Assembly (NCBI GenBank): GCA_977017645.1
Contig: OZ360225.1
Location: forward strand, 186,310,001-186,374,000
DNA length: 64,000 bases
Origin: Torpedo marmorata
Lineage: Eukaryota
Direction of reading: 5' to 3'
In this document: positions 1-11,855 of the stretch, piece after piece
How positions within the stretch are numbered: the stretch's first letter is position 1
How the letters are laid out: the number at the start of each line of letters is the position of its first letter
Notes under the pieces: model-generated
The model's input: only the letters and a program-made list of their open reading frames with translations
Database searches by the model: none
What the model was told of the DNA's origin: nothing
Translations under genes and position numbers: made by a program

Positions 1-1207
1 TCCGAATGAAAGCTTTGGCACGAATGCATGTTTGGTGGCCATCAATGGACATTGATATCGAACAAACCGTACGAAGGTGTGGCACTTATCAAGAAATGCA
101 ACCCAAAGCACCACAAGTTGAAGCTAACCCATGGAAATGGCTGTCACGACCATGGCACAGAATTCATGTGGATTTTGCAGGTCCATTCATGGGGGAAAAT
201 GTCTTTATTGTTGTCAACGCACACTCCAAATGGCCAGTGGTATCACACATGCGTACAACAACAACAATTCAAACAATTGAAAGACTGCGAAATATGTTTG
301 CATCATTATGGATTACCAATGGAATTGGTCTCAGATAATGGACCTCAGTTTGTATCAGATGCTTTTAAAATGTTTCTGCGTAACAACGGTATACATCATG
401 TGCTCTCAGCACCGTACCACCCAAGCACTAATGGAGAAGCTGAGCGTTTTGTGCGGATATTTAAAAAAGCCATGAAAGCTTGCAAATCGCAAAACATTTC
501 TTGGAATCACAAAATCGCTAACTTTCTCGCAGGATACAGAAATACACCTCACTCAACAACAAAAAGAACACCAGCAGAATTGATGTTTGGACGCAATTTA
601 AGAACATGACTCTTTGCGGTACACCCAGACATCGGCCTTCGTATTGAACAAGCCACTTCGCCAACTAAGCCGACCAGATCACTAGAAGTGGGAGAAAGAG
701 TGTTGGTACGAGATTACAGAGATAATAAAGAAACTTGGGTAACGGGCGTTATCATTAAGAAACTAAGCCCCTGTTCGTATTCCATACAAGTGGGAACTAA
801 CATATGGAAACAACACATCGACCAATTGAGAGCAGTAGAAGATCCAATGATGACATTACCAACAGATGAGCCCCAAGATTTTCCATTTAGGGTCAACGAC
901 GACACCCCAGTTATATCACCAAAGGATACTGATCTAGAGAGATGGGGAAGCAGTCCAGCCCAAGGCCTAAATAATGCTCATCGAAAACCAAGCTCCCAAT
1001 CCAAGCGACCCGAGGAGGAGGAGGTCTTCCCCGAGAAGGCAAAGCGTCCAGAAAAAGCAAAGAGTCCCGAGAAGGCAGAGTCCAGAAAAAGCAAAGAGTC
1101 CCGAGAAGGCCAAGAGTCCAGGGGTCCCGACGGACTCAGGAGCCCCGCCAAGAAGATCACAAAGGCAACGACGCCCTCCGGAACGTCTGAGGGACTATGT
1201 ACCATGA
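1..1207 (+). pseudogene. Ty3/Gypsy LTR retrotransposon pol 3' end (integrase), disrupted
   Basis: Zn-finger remnant VWWPSMDIDIE..V..C. DDE core IHVDFAGP / VSDNGPQF / NGEAERFV. Then YRNTPHSTT..TPAELMFGR and a basic tail RRSQRQRRPPERL. Frameshift near 303, in-frame TGA at 607-609, 2-bp deletion at about 1078. Confidence 0.93.
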
Positions 1208-1358
1208 CTGGGACACTTGACATGTTATTACATTACAATATATATATATATATATACTCTGTAGTCGTAGATCCATCATAATACTCTTTAGTCACTGTAG
1301 TTTTACATACTTGTTACCTGGGCATGTTTAATCGCATATATTCTGTGGGGGGGAAGAG

Positions 1359-1514
1359 TGTTGTGGATACACACAGGCTTGGTATGCCGCGTATGACGTC
1401 ATGACGCACATATATAGTGTGGCGTGGGAAACCATCTTTAGTTTAGTAATAAAGAATGAATGAAGCACCACGTCTCTGTGTGCTTGTGTATATCTAAGCC
1501 TAGAATACACTACA
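1359..1514 (+). mobile_element. 3' LTR (156 bp) of the Gypsy element, preceded by a polypurine tract at 1347-1358
   Basis: GGGGGGGAAGAG then TGTTGTG...CACTACA. Contains TGACGTCA at 1394, TATATA at 1411 and AATAAA at 1448. CR1 sequence resumes immediately after. Confidence 0.85.
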
Positions 1515-1820
1515 GGTTCCCATGGTGGGAGAGTCTGGGACAAGAGGGCACAACTTCAGGATTGAATGGTGTCCGCTTAGAAGAGATGTGGAGGAATTTT
1601 TTCAGCCAGAGGGTGGTAAATCTGTCGCCACAGGTGGTTGTGGAGGCCTAGTTATTGGGTGTATTTAAGGCAGAGATTGATAGGTTCTTGATTAGCAAGG
1701 GCATCAAAGGTTATGGGGAGAAAGCCGGGCAGTGGGGCTGAGTGAGAAAGTGGATCAGCTCATGATTAAATGGTGGGGCTGAATAGCCTATATCTGCTCC
1801 TATTTCTTATGGTCTTATGC
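1515..1820 (+). mobile_element. CR1 LINE 3' end (target of the Gypsy insertion)
   Basis: Closely matches the CR1 copy at 8470-8790 (cccatggtgggagagtct...agccagagggtggtaaatctgt). Ends in a ttatggtcttatg tail. Confidence 0.85.
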
Positions 1821-2153
1821 AGGTTTTGTTTAGGTGCTCAAGTTTCCTCCCTCTCCAAAGGCATACGGGTTGGTTGGTTAATTGGTGACCAAAAATTCCC
1901 CCAGTGTACAAATGTGCGGTAAAATCTGAGAGGAATTAGAACATTACAGCACAGTGCAGGCCCTTCAGCCAACAGAGTTGTGCCAACCGATGTAAATCTA
2001 CTCCACAAAAATCTAATTTTTCCCTACCTCACACCCGAAACCCTCTATTTTTTCTTATATCCATGTGCCTAAGTCTGAAGAATTGAAGGGAATATTCGGC
2101 TGAATATGAATGCGGTTGCTCTGTGAGGCAGCATGGACTCCATGGTCTTAAAT

Positions 2154-2524
2154 CTGTGGTTTTCAAACTGCCCCCCTAAACTCACATTCCACCTTAAGCA
2201 ACCCTTATGCCATAAGTGCTCTGTGATTAGTAAGGGATTGCTTAAGGTGGTGTGTGAGTGGAAAGAAAAAAATTTGAAAACCACTGTTTTAATCGTACCT
2301 AATTGACTCGTTATGTGCACGGTTTCATAACTCCAAAGGAAATGGGCCAATGACAATTTTTCTCAAGCAAAATATTTCAGTAACAATTGGGTGTAGAGCA
2401 GTGGTTCTCAACCTTCTCACTCACATACCACCTTAAGCAATCCCTTACTAATCACAGAGCACTTATGGCATAGGGATTGCTTAAGGTGGAATGTGAGTTT
2501 AGGGGGGCAGTTTGAAAACCACTG
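2154..2524. mobile_element. Non-autonomous hAT (Charlie-like) composite element: two inverted MITE units plus a 112-bp spacer
   Basis: Termini C(T/A)GTGGTTTTCAAAC...GTTTGAAAACCACTG. Perfect 8-bp TSD TCTTAAAT at 2146-2153 and 2525-2532. Confidence 0.9.
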
Positions 2525-3138
2525 TCTTAAATGCTCTCCTTTCATGCCATTAGGAAATATGATGGGTTATGTTGGAAAATTTCTGGCTGATGGGGGATAT
2601 CAAGGGGTTAGGGTGGCAGGGCAAGAGATTGGTGGGTGGGGTGGGAGATTAGAGATAAGGTCATTATCTTGGAGATGAGTTAAGGAGAGGCATGCCAGTT
2701 CCCTCAAAGTAGCCAAGAATAGTCACATCCAGTAGGTCTCGCATTGTTTATAAGGGAAATTACATATCTCCCCTTCTGAGTGATTATACATCAATAATTA
2801 CATCAGATCTAAAAGGGTGCATCATGACCAGAAGCTTCCAGTTGAATTTATGGTGGTTCAATTCTACTCTGAAATCAATTTTCAGATACGTAAAATTGAA
2901 GTGCACCACATGTTTGAATTTCTCACGCAGATGTTTCAGCTGTTATAGAGAGACCTGAAGCAGCAACTTAAGTGCATGACTATTGACAGGCATTGTGGAC
3001 ATGGTCAGAAATGATAAGATAAATCCACTTGCTCCTTGCAATCACAAAGGAAAAAATATTCTTGACAAAAACTTGTTTCCTCCTTGTTGGAAACCAGAAG
3101 ATTGCATTTCTGTTTTCATGGAAAAAGGTTGTCAGCAC

Positions 3139-4089
3139 TATTTCATGCTCCCATTTTCATTTGTGTGGGACTGTCATTTTAAGAGAACAGATTTAACAAA
3201 CCCTACAGGCTTTGGAGTGTCTGGGAAACTGACTGCAGGCTGAAGACGTGTTCCTAAATTGGATACATTTGAAGAGAAGCAAGGCAGTGTCCCTAAAACA
3301 CAGGTGCAGAGACCATGTGACCAACAGATTAAGACTGAGTTCACAGTTTTGCTCAGGGGCCATTTTTAAGGGGACAGCAAAGGAGCAAACAGCTCTTGGA
3401 AGAAATATTGTGCTGGATTGGCCTCGTGTGGTTATAGACAATCTGTCTGATTTCCTCCTGTCTGTTATAGAGGAATGAGAATACCACTCTGTGACCAAAA
3501 GAGTGAAGGTCACTTTTGTTCAGCTGACCCATGGAAAGGATTCTGAAGGCAGAAGAAATACTGCACTTGGATAGTGACCAGAGTGAGGGTCACTTGAGTG
3601 AGGGACCCACGGAATGTGTTCTGGAAGCTTTGTGAGCATCACTTGCTTCGTGTCCCCCACGCTGAAGAAGAGGGGAGTTTTGTTGCCACTCGTCTAAATA
3701 GGACATTTCGCCGGAAGCACCTCAACCAGGGTTTCGTGAGTTAATCAACGTTCTGTCATCCCCGGTCTCTTTCACCCACTTCATGAACTGCTAATTTCAT
3801 CTAAGGCCTACGTGTCTTACCATCTAAAGCCTGCGTGTCGCATCCATCTAAGGCCTGCGTGTCGCATCAATTTCAAGCCTACGTGTCATCACTGAATTTC
3901 TGAAACTGAACTTTGAACTGCCTTTTGAGAATTGTGCCTTGAGCTGTGGTGGCTTAGGTTAGATAAGTTTAGATAAGTCTAAATAAATTAGATAAGGTGT
4001 TATATCATTGTTAATTAATAATTTAAAATATTATTTTAAATATAACACCGTCTTGGCTAATTTCTATTGCTGCTGTCTGGTACGTAACA
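3139..4089 (+). mobile_element. Solo LTR (family shared with 15517-16395 and 43218-44346), containing a ~24-bp x4 internal tandem repeat at about 3798-3890
   Basis: 3' end ...tcttggctaatttctattgctgctg...cgtaaca is shared with the other copies. Tentative 4-bp TSD GCAC at 3135-3138 and 4090-4093. The 5' end is uncertain. Confidence 0.65.
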
Positions 4090-4129
4090 GCACCCAGAAA
4101 CAGCTGAAGCTGAAATGCACTTCATGACA

Positions 4130-4370
4130 CATGAAGTGGGACCATTTCAGCGAATCAAGCCCATGTGACTCACAGAGCAATACCATTCCCCACTAATTAT
4201 CCCTGTAACCTATTTTACCCATACTCCCATCAAACTCCAAATCTACCACTTGCCTGAACTCTTAGGTATGTTAAGTGGCGACTGTAAATTGCCCTATCTG
4301 CACACATTTGGGACGTGGGTGGAAACTAGTGTACCAGAGGGAACAGGGAGAATGGGCAAACTTGAAACAC
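4130..4370 (-). mobile_element. Degraded tRNA-derived SINE (V-SINE/HE1-like)
   Basis: ttgggacgtgggtggaaactagtgtaccagagggaacagggagaatgggcaaact is the reverse complement of the SINE body seen elsewhere in the window. Confidence 0.55.
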
Positions 4371-4770
4371 AAGAAACTGGAGATGATGTAACCTTGAACA
4401 AACAATGATGATCTGGAGGAACTCAGCATTTTGTGCTTATGTACAATACTTGACATACTGCACTGAACAGTTGGTGGTGGCGTGGACCAGTAAAATTTAA
4501 GGCAATATCTATATATATATGAAAACAGCATCAGTTGAAATACTCATTATTCTTAGATCTTAGTTAATGACACGGAAATGGGTGAATCGCCCTTTCAGAA
4601 AACCGGCAGAATTTGAATGGTCTGTGCCATGTGATAATCAAAAATCTTTTGAAAAGCAATGATTCTTCAAACAATAATTTCTGAAAACTGAATCCAGTTT
4701 TCATTTTTAGATTATCTAAGTTTTCCTAGCTTTGATGCCTTTAATAAGTAGGCTGCTTATAGTTTACATT

Positions 4771-4776
4771 TTTATT
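4771..4776 (-). promoter_or_regulatory. Candidate ADGRB1 polyadenylation signal AATAAA
   Basis: tttatt on the + strand about 730 nt past the stop, in repeat-poor AT-rich sequence. No transcript evidence. Confidence 0.3.
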
Positions 4777-5242
4777 AGAAAGGACACATTCATTTTGTGC
4801 TCTGAAAACTGTACAGAAAACTGACAAACATGGATATAGGAAACCAGAACCAGTTTAACCAACCATAAAAGTAGAATCTTGTAGGTCAACGATTATTAAA
4901 CACATGGCATAACATTAGCTTTACTCTGTCATTGTACATAACACTGTTAAAGTTTGTTAACTTAACAGGAAAATTAAACACTGTAGAAAGATATTTAAGC
5001 TAAAAGTCAATAAGTGTAATAATTACATATTATACAGCAGGGCAGCCAAGGCCTTGTGCTTTCAATTTATATATCTAAAATCTTGACGGGTACATCACAG
5101 TTTTTAAGTATGTTCATTGTATTTACTGTTTGAAATTTCATTTTTTAATATAATACACAATATGACAAGAAAATGCCATTAAATTTTGATGCAAAAAATG
5201 CTTGCATATCAAGCAATCAACACTAAACTGGTTACTTGTTTT

Positions 5243-5302
5243 TTATATGTTTATATATATATTTATATATAGATATATATATATAGATATATATATATAT
5301 AT
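5243..5302. repeat. Imperfect (TA)n microsatellite in the putative ADGRB1 3' UTR
   Basis: ttatatatatatttatatatagatatatatatatagatatatatatatat. Confidence 0.9.
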
Positions 5303-5506
5303 TTGCCCATTATTGTCTTTGATAAGAGTTTCTGGACTATGAGTACTGTGTTCGCTAGCGTGTTTTCTCACCGCAGTGAGACAACACGACGCTGACTGCA
5401 TCACAAGGTTTAAAACATCTCTCTGAGAACAAGATATCTGTACTGTATAAGGTTTCAAAAGAAACCAATCTGTTTTAAAATTTTTAAAAAAAGGTCGCTC
5501 CTCAGA

Positions 5507-5704
5507 TCAGACTTCAGTCTGAAGGTCAATGATGTCCTGTCCACCGAGTGGTATCGTGGCTCCTGTTTTCTCCCATTCCACTGTTCTCATTTCTAAAGGA
5601 GAGTGTTGAGTGGGATCCAGTTCCTTTTTTATCCATGTGGGTGGAGACTGTATTTTTCGGATCCCTTCCCAAGGCCGCTTGATTGGAGTCTGCTTCTCCT
5701 GCTG
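5507..5704 (-). CDS. ADGRB1: ADGRB1 last coding exon with PDZ-binding motif QTEV and stop
   Basis: cacaacag|CAG. Encodes [65 protein letters not shown], with TGA at 5509-5507. The exact acceptor is ambiguous because of tandem NAGs. Confidence 0.94.
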   Translation of the reverse strand, partial: QQEKQTPIKRPWEGIRKIQSPPTWIKKELDPTQHSPLEMRTVEWEKTGATIPLGGQDIIDLQTEV

Positions 5705-6339
5705 CTGTTGTGATGAGAAGCTTATTAGTTAAAGACCAGGGAACACAAGCCCAGAATTAGAAATAACAGGCTTCCCATTGACTCTAATCCTATGAAATAC
5801 ATGAACGTGAGAACTGAGGTAAATGCAGAAAGCTATGGAAGCATACTCGATGTTAATCGACATCTGAAGGTGAAAATGATACTTTCAGCCGGGAAGCTTG
5901 TTTGGAACTGAATGCTGTATTTTTCAAGGTGCTCTCATATTGCGTGAGCATGTGCTCGTGATTAACCCGAGATAATCAAACTTCCCTCTGAACTTAATGG
6001 TTGCTGTGTGGCCATGACTAAGTCATTACCTTTCCAGCCGAGAGATGGAAGTGAGGTCAATGCGACACAATCATTTGCACAGATGGTTTACTGGATGACC
6101 ATAAAATGAGCGAGGAGAATTGCATGCACTGTAGTTTCTTACAAATAAAGTTCTGCAATCTTTGAAGCCAATTGATTGGTTTGCACATGGAATATGTTCA
6201 CAGCAAATGTAAAACAAACTCCAGGCTACCATTACTGAAATCTCTCCAGGGGGATGGCTTGATGGGCCCATAAAGAATAATTCCTAATGAAGTTTGCTCA
6301 CTTCACAGCCTTAGCATGGCTCACTTCTCTGATAGCATG

Positions 6340-7800
6340 AAATAGTTACGGGTTGAGATGGTTTTCCGAGCACGAAGGCTCAAGAAGTTGGATCTGTATT
6401 CTTTAGGGTTGGGAAGAATGAAGGGTGACCTTACTGAGACATACAAGGCATATCAAAATTCATGTTAGGATGTTTCCACTTGAACAAGGGATATCAGTTA
6501 CAAGATAAAGTGGTGGTCATTTAAAAACTGAGGTGCACAGGAATTTCTTCTCTGGAATTCTCCACCCTGAAGGGCTGTGGAGGCTAGGTCATTGAAGGTA
6601 TTTAAGGAATCAGAGTTCTACAGCATGGAAACAGGCCCTTCGGCCCAACTAGTTCTTGCCGTTCAATTGAATCTCATTTCTTGCATTCGACCCATATCCC
6701 TCCAATTCTTTCCAATCTATCTACCTGTCTAAATGTATTTTGAATGTTAAGATTTTAAATTAAATTTTAAGTTTAGACATACAGCCCATGATCCTGTGCT
6801 GCCCAATGAAACCCAATTGACCTACAGGCCCGGTACATTTTGAAGGGTGGGAGGAAGCTGGAGCACCTGGACAAAACCCACTCAGTCACAGGGAGACCCC
6901 GTACAAACTCCTTACAGGCAGCGCCGGATTCGAACCCCGGTCGCTGGCGCTGTAACAGCGTTGCACTCACAGCTACGCTAACAGTGCCGTCTTTTTGTCC
7001 CCGCATCTCCCACATCTGGCAGCTTGTTCCATATACCCACCACCCTCTGTGTGAAGATGCCCATCAGGTCCCTTTACGATCTTTCCTCTCTCACTTTAAA
7101 TCTATGCCCTCTAGTTTTAGATTCCCACACCCTGGGGAAAAAGTCTATGACTATTTACCTTATCTACACCGTTCGTGATTTTACAAACCGTTGTAAGGTC
7201 ACACCAAGCCTCCAACACTCTAGGGAGAAAAAGTTCCAGCTTATCCAGCCTCTCCTCAAAATTGAAGCCTGCCAGTCCCAGTGACATTCTCGTGAATCTT
7301 TTCTGCACCCTTTCCAGCTTAATGATCTTTCCAACAGCTGAGTGAACAAAGCTGTACACAATACTCCAAGTGCGGTCTCACCAACATCTTGTACAGTTCT
7401 AATATGATGTCCCTAGTCCTGTAGTCAATGCCCTGATGATAAAGGCAAGAATGAAAAAACACCACCTTCACCACCCTGTCTACTTGTGTCGCCACTTTCA
7501 TGGAACTACGTACCTGTATCTCCAGGTCTCTCTTCTATAACACTCCCCAGGGCCCTACAATTCACCGTGGAAGTCCAACCCTAGTTTATCCTACAAAAAT
7601 TCAACACCCCAATTATTATAGAACCATAGAACAGGACAGCACAGAAGGAGGCCCTTTGGCCCATCTAGTCTGTGCTGAACTATCAGGTGTCTTACGTGAA
7701 CTCTTCCATCCTCAATGGTGTTCAAAGGTTTTGACTTATTTCCACTCACACAGGCCTCCTTTTTCTTGACTGCAGCCTCAATATTTCTGGTCATCCAGGG
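6340..7800. mobile_element. Cluster of CR1 fragments (+ at about 6340-6610; - at about 6610-7800), interrupted by a SINE
   Basis: ORFs with LERVQKRFTRM and LYKMLVRPHLEYCVQ, typical of the CR1 ORF2 C-terminus. Confidence 0.8.
6772..6990 (-). mobile_element. tRNA-derived SINE, near full length
   Basis: Minus strand reads ggcactgttagcgtagc...ttacagcgccagcgaccggGGTTCGAATCCggcgctg...gtaaggagtttgtac, with A/B boxes. Same head as 60274-60372. Confidence 0.85.
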
Positions 7801-8267
7801 TTCCCTAATCTTGCTTTCACTCTAACCGGTGCAAGAGCTGGAGATGTTTTTTTGAAAGTTTGAGAAATTGAGGGCAATTGAATTGAATTGAGTTGAATCC
7901 TGAAGCAAGTCATGGTCTTTTTGAGTAGCAGGATAAACTTGAGGAGTTAAGTGGCCTATTCCTCCTCCTCTTTCTTTGAGTTCTTGCATTAATTCAGAAA
8001 CTAGTATCAATACATCTTACAATTTGGCAGCTTGACAATATATTGCCTCATTGTTCAAGAAGCCTTGTTTGGCTCTTCAATCAAAACTTAAGGAAAACCT
8101 CAATTATGTAAATATTTATCGACCTATCTATCCTTTTATATTTATCATCGCTTTTTTTGGCTTATGGCGCATTATGGTAACTTGATTTATACTATTTTTG
8201 TTGGTGTATCTTATGAATTTGTGTGACTGAAGCAAATAAGAACTTTGGTGTACCTGGTACAAACTCT

Positions 8268-8812
8268 CATAATTTAAGAAAGGATGTGCTGACATTAGAG
8301 AGAGTTCAAAGGAGGTTCACAAGGATAATTCCGGGAATGAAAGGTTTATCATATGAGGAATGTTTGATGGCTCTTGGCCTGTCCTCGTTGGAATTTAGGA
8401 GAATGAGGAGGGATCTCACTGAAACATTTCATATGTTGAAAGGCATGGACAGGGTAGATGCAGAAAGGTTGTTTCCCATGGTGGGAGAGTCTAGGACAAG
8501 AGGGCACAATTTCAGGATTGAAGGGCGTCCACTTAGAATGGAAATGCAGAGAAATTTCTTTAGCCAGAGGGTGGTAAATCTGTGGAATTTGCTGCCATAG
8601 GCAGTTATGAAGGCCTAGTCATTGGGTGTATGTAAGGCAGAGATTGATAAGTTCTTGATTAGCCAGGGCATCAAAGGTTATGGGGAAATGGCTGGGGAGT
8701 GGGGTTGAGTGGGAAAATGGATCAGCTCATGACTGAATGGTGGGGCAGACTTGATGAACATCCAATTTCTGCTCCTATGTCTAATGGTTTTATATCATAT
8801 CGTATCATATCA
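8268..8812 (+). mobile_element. CR1 LINE 3' fragment
   Basis: LERVQRRFTRIIPGMKGLSYEE...RTRGHNF...FFSQRVVNLWN, plus a short-repeat tail. Confidence 0.9.
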
Positions 8813-10019
8813 TGTCAATTAAACCCAGGTGTTTTATCGATACTAGATGCACACTATAACCTTTGTTGATCCATAGTACCTGGCAATTTTATGGTGGAAA
8901 GCAGCCAGTCAGTGTGAAGTAACATATTCTGCAAGATTAGTACATTTTAAAAAAAATCACGTAATTACCTTTGTAGAGCAAGCACGTTAAGCTTAACTCT
9001 CTATCCTCATCTCCGTCAGATGCACCTTTACACACAAGCTATTTTCTCTACATTTATTTCCTGGCACACAAAGTATATTCCTGTAAAATTTTGAGTTTTA
9101 AGGCTCCCATTGAGAATACTTATTTATCAGGCCATTCAACTGTGCACACTGCCAGAGGCAACCTGAAAACAATGAACTGTTACAAATTCAATTAAAAAAG
9201 CATCATACTTACATTGAGACTGGCTTTATCACTTCCTGCTGATGAAACACTCCATCGTTTCACTGCCTGTTAATAAAGAAAATAATTTTCAAAACTAAAA
9301 GTGCAGTGCAGCATGAGCAAGGGACAGTGCTCGAACATTGGAGTCAGCCTTTACACTGCAATAAACTGCTGGAAGAACAGTAATCCACTGGTGCTCAAAC
9401 ACTAGCCATAACAGTGAAGTTGGTGAGTGGAGTGATGGGGATTAGAGTTTCAGCATTAAGACCAAGGCAATGAATATGAAGCAATTTTTATAGAAACTCC
9501 AATGCCAACATGATATTCATTGAAATGTATAAGATTCTGACAGGGCTCGACAGGGAGAATGCTTCCTCTGACTGGGGGAAATCGACAACCATGGGTCAGT
9601 CTAAGAATACCAGGTAAGATATTTAGGACTGAGATAAGGAGAAAATTCTCTACCCTAGAGAGCTGTGGAGTCCAAGACACTCTACATATTTAAGGACAAA
9701 GATTTTTTGCACACAAAAGAATATGTGCAGATAGCAGGAACGTGACATTGAAGTAGAGAATTGGGCATGATCATAATGAATTGTAGAACAGACTTAAAGG
9801 GATGAATGGCCTATTTCTACTTCCTGTTTTATATGTCTATTTGCTTTGATCAAAATAATAATGTATTTGCTTGGTTATGTCCTAGAAATAAACAAAGCCA
9901 TCTCGCCAAAGTCATTGCTTGTATCCCTTGCTGATTAAATTAGCTTGAGATTTAGCTTGGTATAATGTACTTTGATGGTATAAGATTAGTTGTCAGAGGC
10001 ACTGTGATTATCAGTTGTC

Positions 10020-10405
10020 ATTTTGTCGGTGGCAATCTTGCCTCGATATCAGAAGGCTGTGGGTTCAAGCCCCACTCTAGAGTTGATATTCCTTTGCAGC
10101 AGCAAGAGATAGTGTTACACTCTTGCATTTAAATGCTAATTTGAGGCCCTGCCTCCTGTCTTAGATCTATGTAAAACATTCTAATTATTATTCTTCCCAA
10201 GGATGTGGGAATTATTTCTGAAACTTTGCTAATATTTAATCTTCAATCATCTGCAGTGATTACCCAAGCCATTATTGCATTGATATTTGTGGGAGCTTCT
10301 GGTGAACTGAAGATGCTGTATTTTCCACGTTAGAGCATCTTCAGTGACTGCAAGGCACTTTGGACATGCTGAGATTGTGAAAGGCATCGAATAAGTGCAA
10401 GTCAG
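10020..10405 (+). mobile_element. Ancient Deu-domain SINE (SacSINE1/AmnSINE1-like)
   Basis: Head cagaaggctgtgggttcaagccccactctagag, Deu-like cattgatatttgtgggagctt, tail gcactttggacatgctgagattgtgaaaggcat...aagtgcaagtc. Recognised from memory of the family consensus. Confidence 0.65.
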
Positions 10406-10999
10406 TCAGTCAATGCATGATGTTACCATTTTACAATATCATTCCATTAGATTTTTCAATTTCTACGATTTACAATCATAATGGAAGAGATCAAATGGGC
10501 AAAATAATTACATGTAATTTAAAAAGACATTGCTGTAACCAGCGAATATTATTATGTATTTTTATAGGAAACAGGTGCTAAAAATAAATTGCAAGGCCTC
10601 ATACTGCAATTAAAGTGCTGGCTTTGGTACTCCTGATCATAACAATTACAATAAGGGCAATGTTAATAATTTCAGTTCATTACATTACACGATGTTAAAT
10701 GGCAATTATTATCACAAGTTTTTTTTCTCCAAGCATGGAGAGCAGTTGAATTCCAAATGGGAGCTGAGAGTCAGCAAAAACTACCATAAAGCAACAAAAC
10801 TTGTGGCAACATGGAGCTTTGGCAAAAGAGAAATCGATAAGGATCCGGGGAAAACTCTTCACTGGATAGCACCTTGTCTAACATAAAGGAAGATGGTCTT
10901 GCTCAGGGCTAATCCTTGTCAGCTGCTTTATCAATGACTTTCCCTCTTTCACGAGGTCAAATGTCAGAATATTCAAAGATACTGATGAATGCCCTTGCT

Positions 11000-11855
11000 T
11001 TTTTGATGTATGGGAGTGACCTTTACTTGTGGAAATCAGACACAATTTCTAAATCTGACGACGACACAAACTTGATAGGAGTTGCAAAGAGGATGGGTAT
11101 AAATTACAGCAGGATACAAATAGGCTGGTGGAATGAAACACATGGCAGATAAAATTTATTCCAGAGAAATGTGAGGTGATGCATTTTTGCAGGAAAATGA
11201 GAGGCAACAAAGAATAGAGGATACTGTTCTAAAAGGGGTGTTGGAGCAAGGGACCCAGGAGTATATAGGCACCAACCATTGATAGTGGTAGAGCAGGCTG
11301 AGAAAGAGGTAAATAAGACATCTACATTTCTGGGATTTATGGGAAGAAATGCTGAAATATAAAAAAAGTGGTCTGGTTTCGAGTAAAATACTGTATTTAA
11401 TTCTGGACACCAAATTATAGGAAGGATGAGAAAGCATCGGAGAGAGTTCAGGAAAGATTTATGAGAATGGTTCCTGGGATGAGAGACTACAGGTTAGAGG
11501 GGCTGGGACTGTTGGGAGAAGAGAAGACTGAGGGGAAATTAGGGAGGAGAATAAAAAAAGAGGGATCTTGACAGTGTGAATTTGGGAGGCTGTTCCCTCA
11601 GGGTGGGGAGACCAAGATCTGGAGGTCAGATGGGGAAAAAAAAGTTAAGAGTGGCATGAGGAAATATTTTCTCACACAAAATGTAGTTGGAATAAGGCAT
11701 GCACTACCTGCAGCTGTGATGGCATTGGATTCCGCTAAAGCCTTCGAGGGAAATTGATAATATATGATGAAGGAAAATTTGTAGAGGAAGGACTGGTGTG
11801 TGAAATTTGAGAGCTAGCACGTCCATGATGGGCTGGAAGGCCTCCTTCTGTGCTG
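11000..11855 (+). mobile_element. Old degraded CR1 LINE
   Basis: Remnants gacgacacaaa (ADDTK), tggcagataaaattt..aaatgtgaggtgatgcatttt (WQM.FN..KCEVMHF), ggagagagttcaggaaagattt. Tail gcctccttctgtgctgt. Confidence 0.8.

Noticed and set aside
2941-3138. TGTTA at 2941 as the 5' end of the first solo LTR
   Set aside because: Its left flank (CAGC) does not match the right flank (GCAC). Position 3139 gives a matching 4-bp TSD.
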